From Adineta vaga (Eukaryota > Animalia > Rotifera): a DNA stretch of 64,000 bases. Positions 44,308 through 58,875 of the stretch are shown here, in pieces (position 1 is the first letter of the stretch; the number at the start of each line of letters is the position of its first letter). The notes beneath the pieces were generated by a model. It worked only from the letters and a program-made list of their open reading frames with translations, was not told the DNA's origin and did no database searches. Where the stretch lies: NCBI GenBank assembly GCA_021613535.1, contig CP075497.1, positions 4,030,001 to 4,094,000 of the forward strand, written 5' to 3'. The translations under genes and the position numbers were made by a program.

Positions 44308-45024
44308 TCATGATCTAGATCGATATTTCATTCGATCAAATAAATCCCAAAGTCGAAGTACACCATAAACTATTGATAATGGTATAAAAAGTATAGCAAA
44401 CCAAGTAATTGTAGTCATTTGATTGGGTTGAATTGTTGAAATAAATGTTTGTAATTGTTTATGTAATACCTCTTTGGTATTACTATTATCAATAACATAA
44501 CGTGCTCGTCGACATTTTTCTTGTATATTTATTTGTGCATTCATACGTTGTAATGCTTGTTGATCATCGTGAAGATTATCACGTTGTTTTAAACGATCTA
44601 ATTGTAATGTTTGATCACAAGAAATAACTAATGTATGCGACAAATATCGATCAAGTCCAACTTCAAATAAAAGTGGAACATCCCAAATAACTAACGATTG
44701 AAATTGAAAGAAATATTCAATTAATTGTTTTAAAGCTTCACGACGAATATATCCATGTGTACATCGATTCAATTGTTTACGCATTTCGTCATTGTTAAAG
44801 ATTAAATCACCTAAACGTTTTCGATCGAGATTTCGACTATTCAATTCGAGAATATGTAAATGACCAAAATATTGTAAGATAAGATTGTAAGCAGGTCGAT
44901 CTGGTTCTACAACAAGACGAGCAAGTTGATCGGCATCAACAATTGGAATACCTTGAGATTTAAAATATTCACTTGCTGATGTTTTACCAGTGGCTATGCC
45001 ACCTGTTAAACCGAGAATTATCAT
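44308..45024 (-). CDS. DCAKD: Dephospho-CoA kinase domain-containing protein
   Basis: MIILGLTGGIATGKTS, IVDADQLAR, LDRKRLGDLIF, DVPLLFE, VIDNS; C-terminal hydrophobic segment as in eukaryotic DCAKD. Confidence 0.92.
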   Translation of the reverse strand: MIILGLTGGIATGKTSASEYFKSQGIPIVDADQLARLVVEPDRPAYNLILQYFGHLHILELNSRNLDRKRLGDLIFNNDEMRKQLNRCTHGYIRREALKQLIEYFFQFQSLVIWDVPLLFEVGLDRYLSHTLVISCDQTLQLDRLKQRDNLHDDQQALQRMNAQINIQEKCRRARYVIDNSNTKEVLHKQLQTFISTIQPNQMTTITWFAILFIPLSIVYGVLRLWDLFDRMKYRSRS

Positions 45025-45634
45025 ACTGAAATAAGTATTGTATTTTCGATAATGAAGCAAAAGAAAATCTTTCGTTTCTTTACTCCAAATTTTTCAAAAC
45101 TAAAATTCTTCTATGTAGTTTTATCCAAATTTTCAATCACAAAACGAACTTTCATAATCTATCTACAAAAATGAATAGGAAGGTCAATTTTCCTTCTTTC
45201 TTTATCATTGTAATTTATGAAATAAGTCATTGATATCTCTATGCACAATCGTATGATAAACATCGATTTTGTTTTTATTCGTTGGTTTAAACTAATTGCT
45301 TTTCTTTACCACGGATAAAAAGAATGAGAAAATGAAAAATCGAACAAAAATGAAAGAGAAGTTTTGGTTTTAAGAGTGAGAATAAACAAACATGTTCGCA
45401 ACAAAATAAAGGGTTAAAAATACCTAATGAAAGAGCACGCAAAATATATATAAATATATAACGCTTGGATGTATATCTTTTCTTTGAGAACATTGTTTAT
45501 AATCATTATGGAATAGATATGAATACACACACGCACACACACATTGTCATTAGATATCAAAAGGAGGAGAGAAGAAGAAGAAGAAAAAAAACTGAGAGAA
45601 TGCGTTGAAAAGAATTTCGATGACAAATAAATAT

Positions 45635-46632
45635 CTATTCTTCAGTAGTAAAGCCTTTCTTTTGTCCCTCTTTTCGTTCTCGATTTAGTTCCTCAACAGC
45701 AGCAGCTTCCAAAGCTCGAATATCTTGCATAGTTAAACCATACCATTCATCAGTCCAACAGAAAAGTTGACGATGAAAATTACGAAATAAACGTTCTTCT
45801 TGTGTCATTATTAAATTTTCTACTTTTGTTTGAAGACCAAACCATTTGAATTTCTCTCGAACTAATTTATAACAACACCTAAAAAAAGAAAATTCATGGA
45901 TTATTTCAATCGTTGAATTCGTAGAAAGACGCGATTTTTCGAGAAAGTTTTCATTTCACCTTGAAACGTATTTTGATTTATACTAATTTACCTAGTCAAT
46001 CGTATCCGACTGTATGACGTCAATTTTCGACAAGAAAGAAAAATAACTTATACTTACATGTATGGTTGACAGCTTTTATACCATGGTTCAGTTGACAAAA
46101 GTGGTCCTCGGCCAGTTTTAACGGATTTAAATTTTTCTGGATCATCTTCAGGTTTATAATCACCACGACTGACTTTATCGGCAATATTAATATAAACAAC
46201 ATTACGTTTTTTCAATTCATCACCTGTTAGCTGATGAACATTGTCTGATTCACCTCGATCAGCAACATGTAATGTTGATATATCAATGATCATATTTTCT
46301 TTCATGAATGGATTTGTCAGAACTGTTTTACAATATGGATAAGCATTCCAAGCTTCTTCATGCAGAGATAATGTTGAATCTTTGAATACTAGACGAACCC
46401 AACTTGGCACTCGTGAACCCAAATGATAGATTTTTTTTGTATATTGACCGACATTATATTTGCCAAGAAATGCTTCGGACATTGCTTTTTGAAACGGTTC
46501 ATTATTAAGAATTTCTACTCCTTCACCACCACCTGTATTTTGTTTGGAAACTTTTGCTGTTGCATACAATTGTGCCACTTGATATTCTTCGACAGTCATC
46601 GGCAGAATAATACGAAATTCCGTAATAAGCAT
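45635..46632 (-). CDS. PITPNA: Class I phosphatidylinositol transfer protein (PITP alpha/beta), 2 exons
   Basis: [67 protein letters not shown]. Confidence 0.93.
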
Positions 46633-47334
46633 TGTGATAAATGAAAGAAAAAAATAAATCTATAATGAAAAAATCAGTTGTATGAAATAAAACAATAATG
46701 ATCAAGCTTCTTCATATTGACATCTATTTGTACTATGACCATCATTCATCCTAGCAACATATGTATACATTATGAAAGCGGTGTGTCTATGCATGCTAAA
46801 CAGTAGTAGGTAGGGTAAAATGAAAGAATAGAAACAAACATTTGCGCTCAGCCTTTTTCTTTTTTACCTCGCTTTTCATTCCTATCGATATGTATGCACT
46901 TTGAAACGTATTTGTTTTTTCTTCTCTCATTTGTTCTCCATTCTTCTATTTTTCTTTTCTCGCTTATTCTTAAATGACTCAATGTGATTAAGTATGTAAG
47001 TATATAGATAATACACGTTTGTTGAGCATTTGACTTCCATAGAAACCAGAACCTTCTCAATCATTATCCGAGTCTTGCAAACAAAGAAAAACAAAGAGAT
47101 AAAAAGATGTATATATATATAAACAACGATATATTTTAAATTTTTTTGTTTCGTTTTTCTTTTTTTTTTTTATTAAATATGAGCCCAACGATATAACACT
47201 GTATTGCTACTACTGTTATCGATGTTGTTGCTAATTGTAGTAACAATGTTCTTGTTCTTGTGATGAATTAGGCTAAACGATGCTTGCAAAAACAAAGATT
47301 TTGTTAAATTTGTTTTTTTTGTTGCTATGTTAAA

Positions 47335-48516
47335 TCACCAGTGGCTTGTTACACCGGTGTTGGTTGCAGTGGATGCACTCCATTCGTTTGATTCAGTAGC
47401 ACCAGTTGCTGCACCACCCGCACTAGTCCAACCCTCAGTAGCGGATGCACCCCAATTGTCTTGATTACCTGCAAAGTTTTCTGAAGCTGGCATTATCGAT
47501 GGACCATCATCATAATAATTTGATTCTGCTCCATGTCCTTGATTATCACGATCTTGACCAACGACAGCAACTTGATCTTCTTTTTCGGTCTTAAAAAAAT
47601 GATTTATATGTGATGAAAAAGAAATTCACTTTTCTATGCGTATTCTTACTTCTTCTGGATCACGATAGAAAAATAAATCAACCATAACATCCCATGGTGC
47701 TTGTCGATTAATTTCACCACGTAATCGAAGTACTTCACGAGTCAAAAACCACCACATAAGACCAATTGATTTATTAGCCTAATGCAATAATAGGCTTTTA
47801 TAGAATAGCAAAAAAGATAATAATTTATTTTACCTTGTTATTGCATGGAATAGCAATATCAATGAAGCGAAGACAGGTTGATGGATCGCAGAAAGCAATA
47901 ACTGGAATATTGACAAATGAAGCTTCATCAACAGCTTGATGATCAACATTTGGATTGGTAATAATGATCAAACGAGGTTCTTTGAATGCTGCTTGAATTT
48001 GATTGGTAAATGAACCAGGTGTAAAACGACCAGCTATGTTAAATAAAACAAAACTCAATGAAAGACATTCTCGACAGATCTATTCGATTTACCAATAGCT
48101 GTAGCTCCAGTATATCTGGCAAACTTCAATACAGCACGTTGACCTAAAATTCAAAAACACGAATAAATAAAACATTGTCTTTTTTTCGACATCTTATGTT
48201 TATTTTTACCTTGTGGTTGACATGAAATGGCGCATACATCAGCTGGATTTTCAACAGCAGCAATAGCTCGAGCAGCAAGTAAAAGTTTTTCCCAAAATTT
48301 ACGAACATTGATTATTGATGAACCTTAATGAATAAAATTAGATTTCAAATAACTATATTCGATTGTATCATCCTTACCTTCATTTCTTGGTTTTTTCTTC
48401 CAAACATATGTGTCCATTTGATAGTCAACATCTTTGGAGCCAATATGAAGTTGAGCTGCAAGAATTTTGAGTACATCATCGTCTTTTAATTGAAGTACGG
48501 AATAGCCCGATGTCAT
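47335..48516 (-). CDS. RPSA: 40S ribosomal protein SA (uS2), multi-exon
   Basis: [71 protein letters not shown], acidic Trp-containing tail. Confidence 0.97.
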
Positions 48517-49261
48517 TTTTTTTTGGTTGCTAGATGATCTAAAATATTTTATCAAATATAGATGAGAATCCCTTTCATGTAGAGGAAAAAGTTAATATTT
48601 TAATGAAATTCGAACAAACGACGAACACGAACGATAACGCGTATACATTGGAATCCTAGTAGTAAACAATTTATATCGAATCCAATTGGAGAACAAACAT
48701 CAACATAACATCTATTCTTTTAATTAACTTCGACAATTATTAATTACTTTATTTACAATTTAATTTCTATCTAAGAATGTCTATATCAATTAGATTTCAT
48801 TTCGTTATATTATAGATGGCAGTAGTATCTTACTTACAAACGTAACCATGCAATGACTAAAACTCATCTTCTTCTTTTTTTAATATAATCTTAATCTGCT
48901 TATCTACTGAAAATAATACCATCTTAAAGTATAAAACTCATCGATCTTCAAAAGCCGATATTCATGTCTCTAGGCTTGTGTTCAGCTTTATTCAAAACAA
49001 AATAATACTATTTCATCGACAATGTTTCATTTCATCAATTCAAATTCTAATGACATCATTGAATTTTATATGACACTTTTATCAACCATATCATGTTCAT
49101 ACCATTGTCCTAATCCTTTTGAAATATCATCTAGTTCAATTTCTAACCATGCATTCTTTCTGTATATAAACCAAAATGTAATATTATCAATGTTGTATTT
49201 AGTTAAATTAAAAAATAGTTACAAATAAAACACACATGCACTACAAGATATGAATATCTTT

Positions 49262-51094
49262 TTAAATAACAAGTTCATTTCTGTTTGTCCAACTTTGATC
49301 TTTGGCTTGTTGAATTACATGATTTAATCGTTGAAACCAAAACAAATATTCAGTTTTATGTTCAAAACGTAAATGTATACGCATCATCTTCACCGATGTA
49401 TGTTTCGATGATTTATTTGTTGTTCCAGCGATTAATATACGTAATTCTTCATTTGACGGATCTTCTTGAATATGAACAACATTTGCCAGAGAGAAACTTG
49501 TTGTTAACGAAGATGATGACATCGTTGATCGATCAATTTGTATTAAATTCAGTCTCATATCCGATAATTCAATTCGTCTCTATAAAAACAAAACAATTTT
49601 CTTATTCAATTTCAAAATAAATAAAAAAAACACTAAATACTTACAGGTGCCCATGGTTCTTTATTTATACGTTGAAGAACAATAGTTGGCAAACTTTCTG
49701 ATTGTAATGTTGTATCTTGTGATGTTTCTAATGTTACATTTGGTGCATAATAAATCGATGATTCCAATGTTGATACTGTATTATCATGTTGATTAACACC
49801 TGATGATTGGATGATAACATTTGCTTGTCGTGATAACAGTCTCACATCTAGAATTACTCAGTAAATAAAGAATTTCTTTTTGTACTTTTATGACGAACTT
49901 TACCTTCGATTATTTTCCAATCGATACTGTGCGTAATGGGTGGATGTTCAATGATAACGGATTGAAATAAATCATTCATATGACAAATATGTTGAATAGG
50001 TAAAAGAATAAATTCGGTAATTTCTCGTATGATATATTCCATTGGAAACTAAAATATGCAATTTTAGTTTAAATCAATGCTTTCAAATCAATATTTACCT
50101 GAAGGAAATATGCAATTTTATTTTGATATTGTCTTAATGCTGTTTGAGCTTGTACACTTCGAGATAAATAAGAATTGTATGAATCAATCATTACACCTGA
50201 CTAGAAAAAGAATTTAGATTCTTAAAATGATTCTTTCTTTCAATATCGTATAACATACCCATGATTGATAAATAATTGATATTGGTACATCTGCCATATT
50301 TTCTGTATCAAGTAACTTCTCACATTGTCGAAGAACTGATTCCGAAATCGCTGAAATCTAAACAAAGAAAAATGTTTTTTCTTTCTATGAAAAAAACTCG
50401 TACTTACTTTTTCAATATTTTGGAATAGATCAACAATTTCATCGGGATTCAAATATCGTCTTAAAGGTCGCGAATATTTAATAATATATTGTTTTAAATG
50501 TTCATAATAGATTTTTTCAAATGAATAAATTTGTTCCAAAAGTCTTCCGGATTGTTGAGGCGATGATGATGATGATGATATTGTTGTTGCTGTTTCCGAA
50601 AAACCACTATCATATTTTTTTATTGCAGGTATTGACATGTTTGAATAATAAATCGACGATGATGACGATAATGAATGATTTATTTTTTCTTTTGACTTTT
50701 TCATTTTCTTTTCATTAGTTTTATTCAATGATTTCTAAACGAACAAAAAAACATGAATGAGATCAAACATAGATGAATATTTCAAGTGGAAAAATAGATC
50801 GATACTCATAGAAAACAACAAGAAAAACAAATTATGACTTCTATGATCATGTTGTGCTTCGATGAACCTTTTCGTTCGTAGTTAAAAGCAAAAACATCAA
50901 GCGAAACATACTCGTTTTTCTCATCTATACACTAAGTACAAATTGGTTTCAGATTAAAATAAACAATTGTTAATTGGATTAACAAAAAAAGGCTCACGGA
51001 AATCTCACTGTAATAGAAAAATCTCTTAGATAAATGATTTCTTGTAACTTACTCGTTGTTTTGAACTAATGCCACTGGTACAACAGAACTTCAT
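49262..51094 (-). CDS. Divergent DH(-PH) RhoGEF-like protein, multi-exon; start uncertain
   Basis: LLEQIYSFEKIYYEHL..YSRPLRRYL..DLFQNIEKI, FILLPIQHI (DH conserved regions); C-terminal PH-like IHLRFEHKTEYLFWFQRLNHVI. Confidence 0.7.
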
Positions 51095-53697
51095 ATTTGA
51101 TATATGGATTATTGTAGTTGCAATGTAGAGAATATATGTTTAGAGAATGAAATGAAGCTCTATATATTGAAAAATAAAGTGTGAACAATTGGTAGAGAAA
51201 AATGATAAATAACCAATCAGGAAATCAGAGAGAGAGAGAAAAGAAAAGAAAAGAAATTAGTCTATCGATTTCTTTCAATCATTCTTTTCATTAAGATTTC
51301 AACCAATGAATAATTCGTTGTGGAGTAAAGGTGTGAGAGGATAAAAACAAGATTGTTTGATCGATAACAAACTTACACGATCTCTCTGCACTATCAAGAT
51401 TTGATCCACATGTCTAATTCTTACTTTAGGCGTTAACAGAATATATATAACAGTTAGTTTTGTTAATCTAGTGAATACTCCTTTTTTTCTTTCGAATTTT
51501 GAAGATATTTTATTCATGATATGCATTATTCTTTTCCACATCCGATTGCTAAATGAAACGTTTTGTTTCCTTTTATTCAATGTGTCTATTAAATAAATAA
51601 GGTCTGATTTAAAATCATGGTCAACATTGTTGTATACACATATTCAACGTGATGATTGCATAAAAGTTTCAATGTATACATGGGCTTCGGTTCAATGCTT
51701 AGAAACAATAGGAGAAGGCGTTTAATCTGAAAATCAAACTTGATCATCAACTTGATTTGCATTTTTTTTTCTGTTAAAGTGTGTCATTGTATAAATTCAT
51801 GAAAAAAACGTTAGTCTATAATCTTATCAGATTCAATATTTGCAATGAAGTTTCGTTCAAGCTAGCAGATTATTCCGGTTGAGATCATTGAATATTGGAA
51901 TGGCGGCGATAAGTGCTTACCAATTAATGATATAACAAATATAATCTTATTCTCTTTAGAATCTTTCTATGAAAGACTGATGCCTATGGGGCATCTTAAT
52001 CGATGTTGAAAAATGCACAATGAAAACTAGTTTGATAATGATGCCAGAGGACAAAAACGACAAGAAAAGCTTGTGAAAGGCGGGACGAGAGTGATTATCA
52101 AGCATGAGAAAGAGTCGAAAAACGATCAACAATAACATAACAGTGCGAAGACTAATTTGTTAATGCTAGTTGAGTCGCATCTTAAGCAAAGCAAGGAATA
52201 AAATGGCTATTTCTTTCTGTACGAAGAAGAAAAGGTGTTAGAAAAATTGAAGTTCAGATATACACAGCAGTGCATCCCGCTTGTATCAAACAAAGTGTTA
52301 GAAAGAATTGATCATAGATTGATCTTAAATCAATGAAGAGTAGTACTCAATTGTTTTTTTTTGTCAACACGTAAACTTCTTTCTTGTAGAAACATTCGAA
52401 CATCGTTATCGATTACTTCAGAGAATGTTGTTTCTATGTGTTGAAATTAATTGGTTCCAGTATGGCAAGAGAAAATCGTGTACTCATTTAGGAAATCAAT
52501 CTATTGAATTATTCATTCATTTATTGTTAACGAAAAACTCTTGGCAATGTGTTGATTCAATCATCAACAAACGACGAGAACTAATTGTTCGTACTCGGAT
52601 TTTCTACGGATATACCACTCGACTAATTTGTCTCTTACACAGCTGGCGAAATGTCTATCTATGACACACTAATTTATCATCATTGAAAAGAAAATGAAAT
52701 CACATAGCGAGATGGGTGGAACCACAATGTAGTTCACTCTCGTATCATACCTGTTGGGAAAAAATCATCCAGGTATTATCCTTGCTTAATGATCTATACC
52801 ATTTAGTATGTTAGTGAATAGCTGTTTAATTTGACAGCATCGTTTATATGTAGAAATTCAAAAAAAGAAAAAGAAGTTTCCTGTTTATTGCTAATGATCA
52901 TCGACTATGTCGAGATAAGATTTAACTTTTCTTTTTCTTCTTTTTTTTATCTTGACAGGACTATGTGAGTATTGAATGTTGTTATTGTAGCGTTTAAGCA
53001 AAAAGAAAGAGACTCAATAATTAGTCGAGATGAAAGGTGTGAACATTCAACATACATATTGTACATGACTACAGGGGTATTTAGTCATTGTCAATGTGAT
53101 TATTACGACAACGTTTTTGAATTGGTAATCGAAAGATTCAATTTCAACAAATCAGTTAGAGTTCAAAGAGAGAAACATACAAATCTTACACAATCTTTTT
53201 TCTTTCAAGACAAAAAAAATTGATGACATAAATAAACATAGACGAAATATGAACAGTGATTCACGCATTTCGAAGAAAATAACGGATTTTATTTAACGCG
53301 TGCCTATATATTGACATATTCATAAATCAAGATGAAAAGGCACGAGTTGATTTGATTTCGATCTTCGTCTGTCTGTCTCCTTTTCTATCGTTTCTTCTTA
53401 TGCTGATTAGCACACATTGGATGAGGTGTGAAAAATAGTGTTGTTGTCATTTTACTCTCTTGAAAAAGAAACAGTCAAACGTTAAGAGAGGAAGAAACCC
53501 TTATTGCAAACATTATAAAACATACATATGCGCGTGTCTGTATACATTGTCAATCTGTTCGATGTTCAAACAAAAATTGAGAATAAAAGAAAAAAGTCAA
53601 AATGTTTGTCGGCATCAGGCACTTGAAATTTTGATGAAGAAACAACATCTACAACGATGAACATCTTGTCTCTAAGAGCAAGCAAAGATACCTTCTG

Positions 53698-53727
53698 TTC
53701 TTCTTCTTCTTCTTCTTCTTCTTCTTC
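53698..53727. repeat. (TTC)n microsatellite
   Basis: About 10 tandem TTC units read directly. Confidence 0.9.
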
Positions 53728-55062
53728 ATAGCATTGATTCATCATCAAAGTCTAGTGTACTACTTGATCGTCCATATTTTAAAAGAAAAAATACCACTTA
53801 TTTCAAACCGTTAAATTCCCTAAACACATATGAACTTTTTCGTGATCCAATCTATCAAGGGGATTTTAGTCGCGCATCGTTAACTGATAATTCAAGAGAA
53901 TATAGCACGATGACGTAAAGATAGAACGTTTCATTTGCTCTCTTGTCGATCACTCTAAGTGTCCATGACAGAGAGTGAACAAACATGCGATTTGAGTATC
54001 GACACTTGTCGATGACACGAGTACGGAAACGATCACTATCGATTGTGCCTATCTTAATCTACTTGAAACGTAATACAACATCGTTTTGACAAGAACATAA
54101 ATCGTATTCATTACGTGGATCATTAGCAACCAACGAGTGAAAACGAACAAAAAGATAATGAAATGACTCTTTAATTAGGATGAATACGAAACGATGTGAT
54201 TTACGATAGACACTCAGAGTTTCATCATTATGCTTATCTTCAAGTAGTTTATCATCAATATTGGATATCGAAAATTAGTGAAAAGAAAACGCAAGAATTC
54301 AAATATATTGTACGATCTTTATGAGGTAGTTATGTTTATATTTAGATGATACTTATGAGAGGAAGCATCATAAAAAAAAGGAGTATCTTCTTCCTTTCAA
54401 TTGAATATACATACAATCTTGGATACGTCATTTGATATGTCAAATCAATTGAAAATTTACATTCAATTTTCTATTGAAAATTTTAATTGAAATCGAAAAT
54501 AATATGATAAGATATCAGTAAGAAACAACTTCGTTCTCAGATAATGTCTATAGAAATGTATTTACTTACGAATGAATGGATACTATGAATAATAGCATTG
54601 AAATGTGAGTAGGATAAGTCAACGATCGAGGTGACAATGATGACAAAATCAATTGATTTGATGAATATATTAAAGAATTAGAATTATTCTATTTGTTTAA
54701 CATAACGAAAACAAGTGTTATTTGTGTAATAGTCTTCTTTGATGTTGTTTTCAAGCGTTTATAATTTTTTCAAGGTAGACAAAAGAAATTCAAAAAGAAA
54801 TCATTGTATTCAGAGGATAAAAATTTTGAAAATGCTCAACATCTGTTTGATAAAATAGAAACTTTTTTTCTTCTGTAGAACATTCCAAAATGTAAGTGAT
54901 CATAAACGTTATCTATATAACAGTTGAAATAGACATACAGATATTCTTTCTTTCAATCATACTTTCTCACTGAAATTTATTGTTTTTTTTTCTTCACAAG
55001 AATACAAAGATACAAAAGAATTATCTGGCAATCAAAAGAAGAAAAACGAAAGACAATATTCT

Positions 55063-57814
55063 CTAATCAAGTAATGATATACACATTGCATAAAGTTCTT
55101 GATCATTACCAGTTAATGCTAAACATTCTTTCAATATTCGTTTCAATGCTGATGATGTTCGTACACGTGATAGAATGAATTGAGTAAATTGTTGATCAGA
55201 CGTACGATGGAGTTGTTGAATTTCTTGAATAAGATGAACACCGAGACGACTTTGTACAATTGTATTAGGAAATATTTCGTTATCAATAGAAATTAATGAA
55301 TAGATCGTTGTCCATTCGAACCATTTCAATTGTTTCGATCGATTGTTGACCTAAATAAACAAATAAAATGAACTGAAATAAAAAAAAGAAAAAAAAACAG
55401 TTATATATTCATACGAAAGCATTTTCAATTCGAATCCATAATGCTTCAATAATATTATCTCGATGAAGTTTCAAACGTTGTATATGATTAATAATAAGTT
55501 CACCATATTTAAATGTTCGATTAGCATCAATATCGGTAATTTTCTCTGTTACATAACCATCAATTTTAAATGAAGGAAATAAAAGACGAAAAAGAAATAA
55601 AGAAAATTCATTCATCGAACATAAATTTTCACCATGTCGATCAAATTGTCGCAGTAAAATGCCTAATAATAGATGAATACTTTCTGATTCTAACCAATAC
55701 CATTGAATATATTGTTGTAAACTTAATAAACATGAACTATTCAATGGTTGTTTTCCATTGATACCATATAGCCAAGTAATTAATAGACGTTGTTCAATAC
55801 CAGTACTAACTTTCAATATTGCTAAAATAAATGAATAGATTATTTCGAATTTAAACATCACAAAATTCGTCTTCTAGTTTACCAAAATAATCAATCCATA
55901 TATTGTTGAGTACAATTGAAAAAGGATCGAGTTCAAATGAAAATATTTGTGTCATTCGTTCAAGTATATCTTTTCGTTCATTTCGACTAAATTCTGTTTC
56001 AGATGATCGTAAGACTTGAAAAACAAACCACACCATATCATCTGCTGGTAATAATGTTATCAATCTAGAAGATATTCGTTTCAATTTATCTGAAAGATTA
56101 ATTTCTAAGAATACTTACTGCGGATCTAATTTAGCAATTTTTAATGAAATACTATCACAAAGAATTCGAAAGGCAATAGAATTGGTATGAAGATCATTGA
56201 TTGATCTTTGAATATATTTTGATATTCCATCGATACATTGTTGAATAATTTCTATAAATGAAATAAAAACAAAGTTTGAATTCAATGAGAAAGAAACATT
56301 GTTTTAGATTTACTATCATCTCGAAATGATCGAATACATTTTTCAATATATTCTAATGTATCTTTTGTTTCATGAACATTTAAATTTTCATTATTATTCA
56401 ATAAATCAAACATATAATTAAGTAATGGCTGCATTTGATCCGGTTTTAATTGAAATGATGATTGATTCAAATTTTTTGTTATCTGTTCTTGTATACGAGG
56501 AAATTGTGTAGATAAGAGATCGATAATATGAATATTTAAACGTCGTACAGTAAGATTCTTTTGTTGAACTTGTTTTGATGATAAGATATCTGAACCTTGA
56601 TGTTCATCAAATGGAAAATTTTGTAATAAATATTTATGTATTGAAGATGAATGTTGAGCAATAATTGAATGAAGTTCTGTATAATGTTGACTGGATAAGA
56701 TTGAATTCATTAATCGATGAAATATTCGTGTACAACACCATAAACATGATAGAGCATCACGATGATGATGACGATCACCAAGATGAATACGCATTTCTGA
56801 CCAGAATTGAAGAAGAACTTTTAGTAAAAGATCAAGAACACGAGATAGAATTTGAGAATCGGAACGAATTTGAAATAATTGATCCCTAAATAAGAAAAAA
56901 TTATTCATAATAACTATCTATTTCTAAAATTTCATTTACATTAGTCTAAAAGGTTTTAATTTTGTTTTATGTAATAAATCAATTAAAGTTTTATCTTCTT
57001 CTTCATCTTGATTTGTATCTTTATTGATTGGTTGTTCATTATTATATTTATCAAATATAATATTAACTAATTGTGCAATACAATCGAGTAATCGTGCATG
57101 TCCACTATTATTTCCTGTTGTTGTCGTATCAATCGTACTAATAAATTGTCTTTCTGATCGACTTGTTTTCATCAATTGTTGTAATAAACTTTCAAGAATA
57201 GATAATGCATGATTTGTTAATAGAACTGATGAATAACTTTGATGAAGAAGTAATTCAAGTACTGGAACAGATCGTTCTCGAACATCATCATTTAAATGTG
57301 TCATTAATGAAATTAAACGTTGAGATATTAATTGCATTAATGGATCTAAACTTTCCGATGGTTCAACACGTGTAAAAATGGTTTTTAAACATTGTAATGC
57401 TGATCGATAATGACTTACACTTTCCAATGAAAGATATGATGTACAACTATCAATAAGTGATTGTAAGGATGGTAACCAAGAATTGATTTCATCATTTTGT
57501 ACACGTGTTTTTAATGTATCTAAAACAGCTAATTTTTGTCCGGATGTACCTTTACGTAATCGAAGAAGAATATCTTGTATTCTTTCAGGACCAGAATCTT
57601 CACGAAGTTGTTCACGAATAAGAATTGCTTTGGATTGAAATTCTAATTTAGTTTCATTGACACCTTTTGGACGTAATTTACCAGCTTTAAGTTTAACTTT
57701 TTGAAAATCTTTCTGTTCTTTTTTCTTTTTTGATAAACCTTTTTTCGCTGGACCTTTATTATCATGAGGTTTTTTTCCAAGTCCTTCATAAGTTTGATGC
57801 TTTTTTTTACCCAT
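55063..57814 (-). CDS. TEX10: Testis-expressed protein 10 / Ipi1 (Rix1 complex), multi-exon
   Basis: KKEQKDFQKVKLKAGKLRPKGVNETKLEFQSKAILIREQL and MTHLNDDVRERS..LELLL, typical of the Ipi1 N-terminus. Confidence 0.85.
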
Positions 57815-58008
57815 GATTTAATGTTATGTTATATTATATTATATAAAAAAGTTGAACAGATAAGGTACATTCGATTCAATTGGTACTACGTTCGAATCAC
57901 CATGTTATATAGAATATACTTAGCCTTGTTTGTGAAGAACACATGAATAGATGGCGTTAGATTTCAACATAATGTAATATCTGCACTGTACAAGAGAAAA
58001 TAGATTAG

Positions 58009-58875
58009 TTTGGAAATAATGGTAAAAGAAATCGAACAACAATCTTACCTCAACAACAAGATTATTTAATGTCAAAATATTCAATTGAATCAAATCCATC
58101 ACGAAAAATGTTAGAAGAAATATCTTCAGAAGTTAAATTAAAAAAACGTGTTGTTCAAGTTTGGTTTCAAAATGCTCGTACTACAGAAAAGAAAAATCCA
58201 AATTTTTTCAAATCAGATCTTCCAGATGAATATCAACCAACGAATGAACAATGTAAATTATGTCAATGCAAATATACATTACAAAATCCTCAAAGAATTC
58301 GTTTCTTTTCTTTTTTCTTCTTAAAGGAATGGATCCAAATATTCATGGCACACCAATGTTTATGTTACAATTACCATCAAATGCTTTAACTAAAATTGTT
58401 TCATTAAGTAAATCAGATGCTCATTAAACACGTGCTCAATATACACAAGATGAAAAAGATCTTCAACAATTAGTTGATAATGGTCATGAAAATGTCGATA
58501 GTCAAACAATTGATGTTGGTTATTCTTGTAAAAGATGTAATCTTGTTTGTAAGTCAATTAGAATTACCTTTTTTTAAATAAGCATATCGAAATGAAATAT
58601 TTTTCTTCCTAAGGCCATTATATTATTCATGTCGATGTCATGCATTACTTTGTTGGCAAATATCACCATCAACATTACCTGTTTCTATAAATACACGTGA
58701 AGATTTAAATAATTTATCAGGTTATATATTTAAAATTGAACAATTAGCATATCGATGTTTATTATGTAAAACATCATGTTCAACAGTATCTGAGTATGAA
58801 AAACATATCAAAGAAGATATTCATTTGAAAAAACTAGAAGAACATTCAAATAGTTCAATTGAAGAGAATGATTGA
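58009..58875 (+). pseudogene. Truncated, disrupted zinc-finger homeobox (zfh2/ZFHX-like) copy
   Basis: Homeodomain [52 protein letters not shown]; no 5' region; truncated C2H2; in-frame TAA at 58425-58427; splice-phase mismatch at 58549/58613. Confidence 0.75.

Noticed and set aside
45025-45085. TTTCAG just before the DCAKD ATG as a spliced-leader acceptor
   Set aside because: A plausible GT donor about 58 nt upstream explains it as an ordinary 5'UTR intron.
48580-48595. CTTTTTCC on the minus strand as the RPSA 5'TOP/TCT start
   Set aside because: Plausible, but pyrimidine tracts are everywhere here and no TSS data are available.
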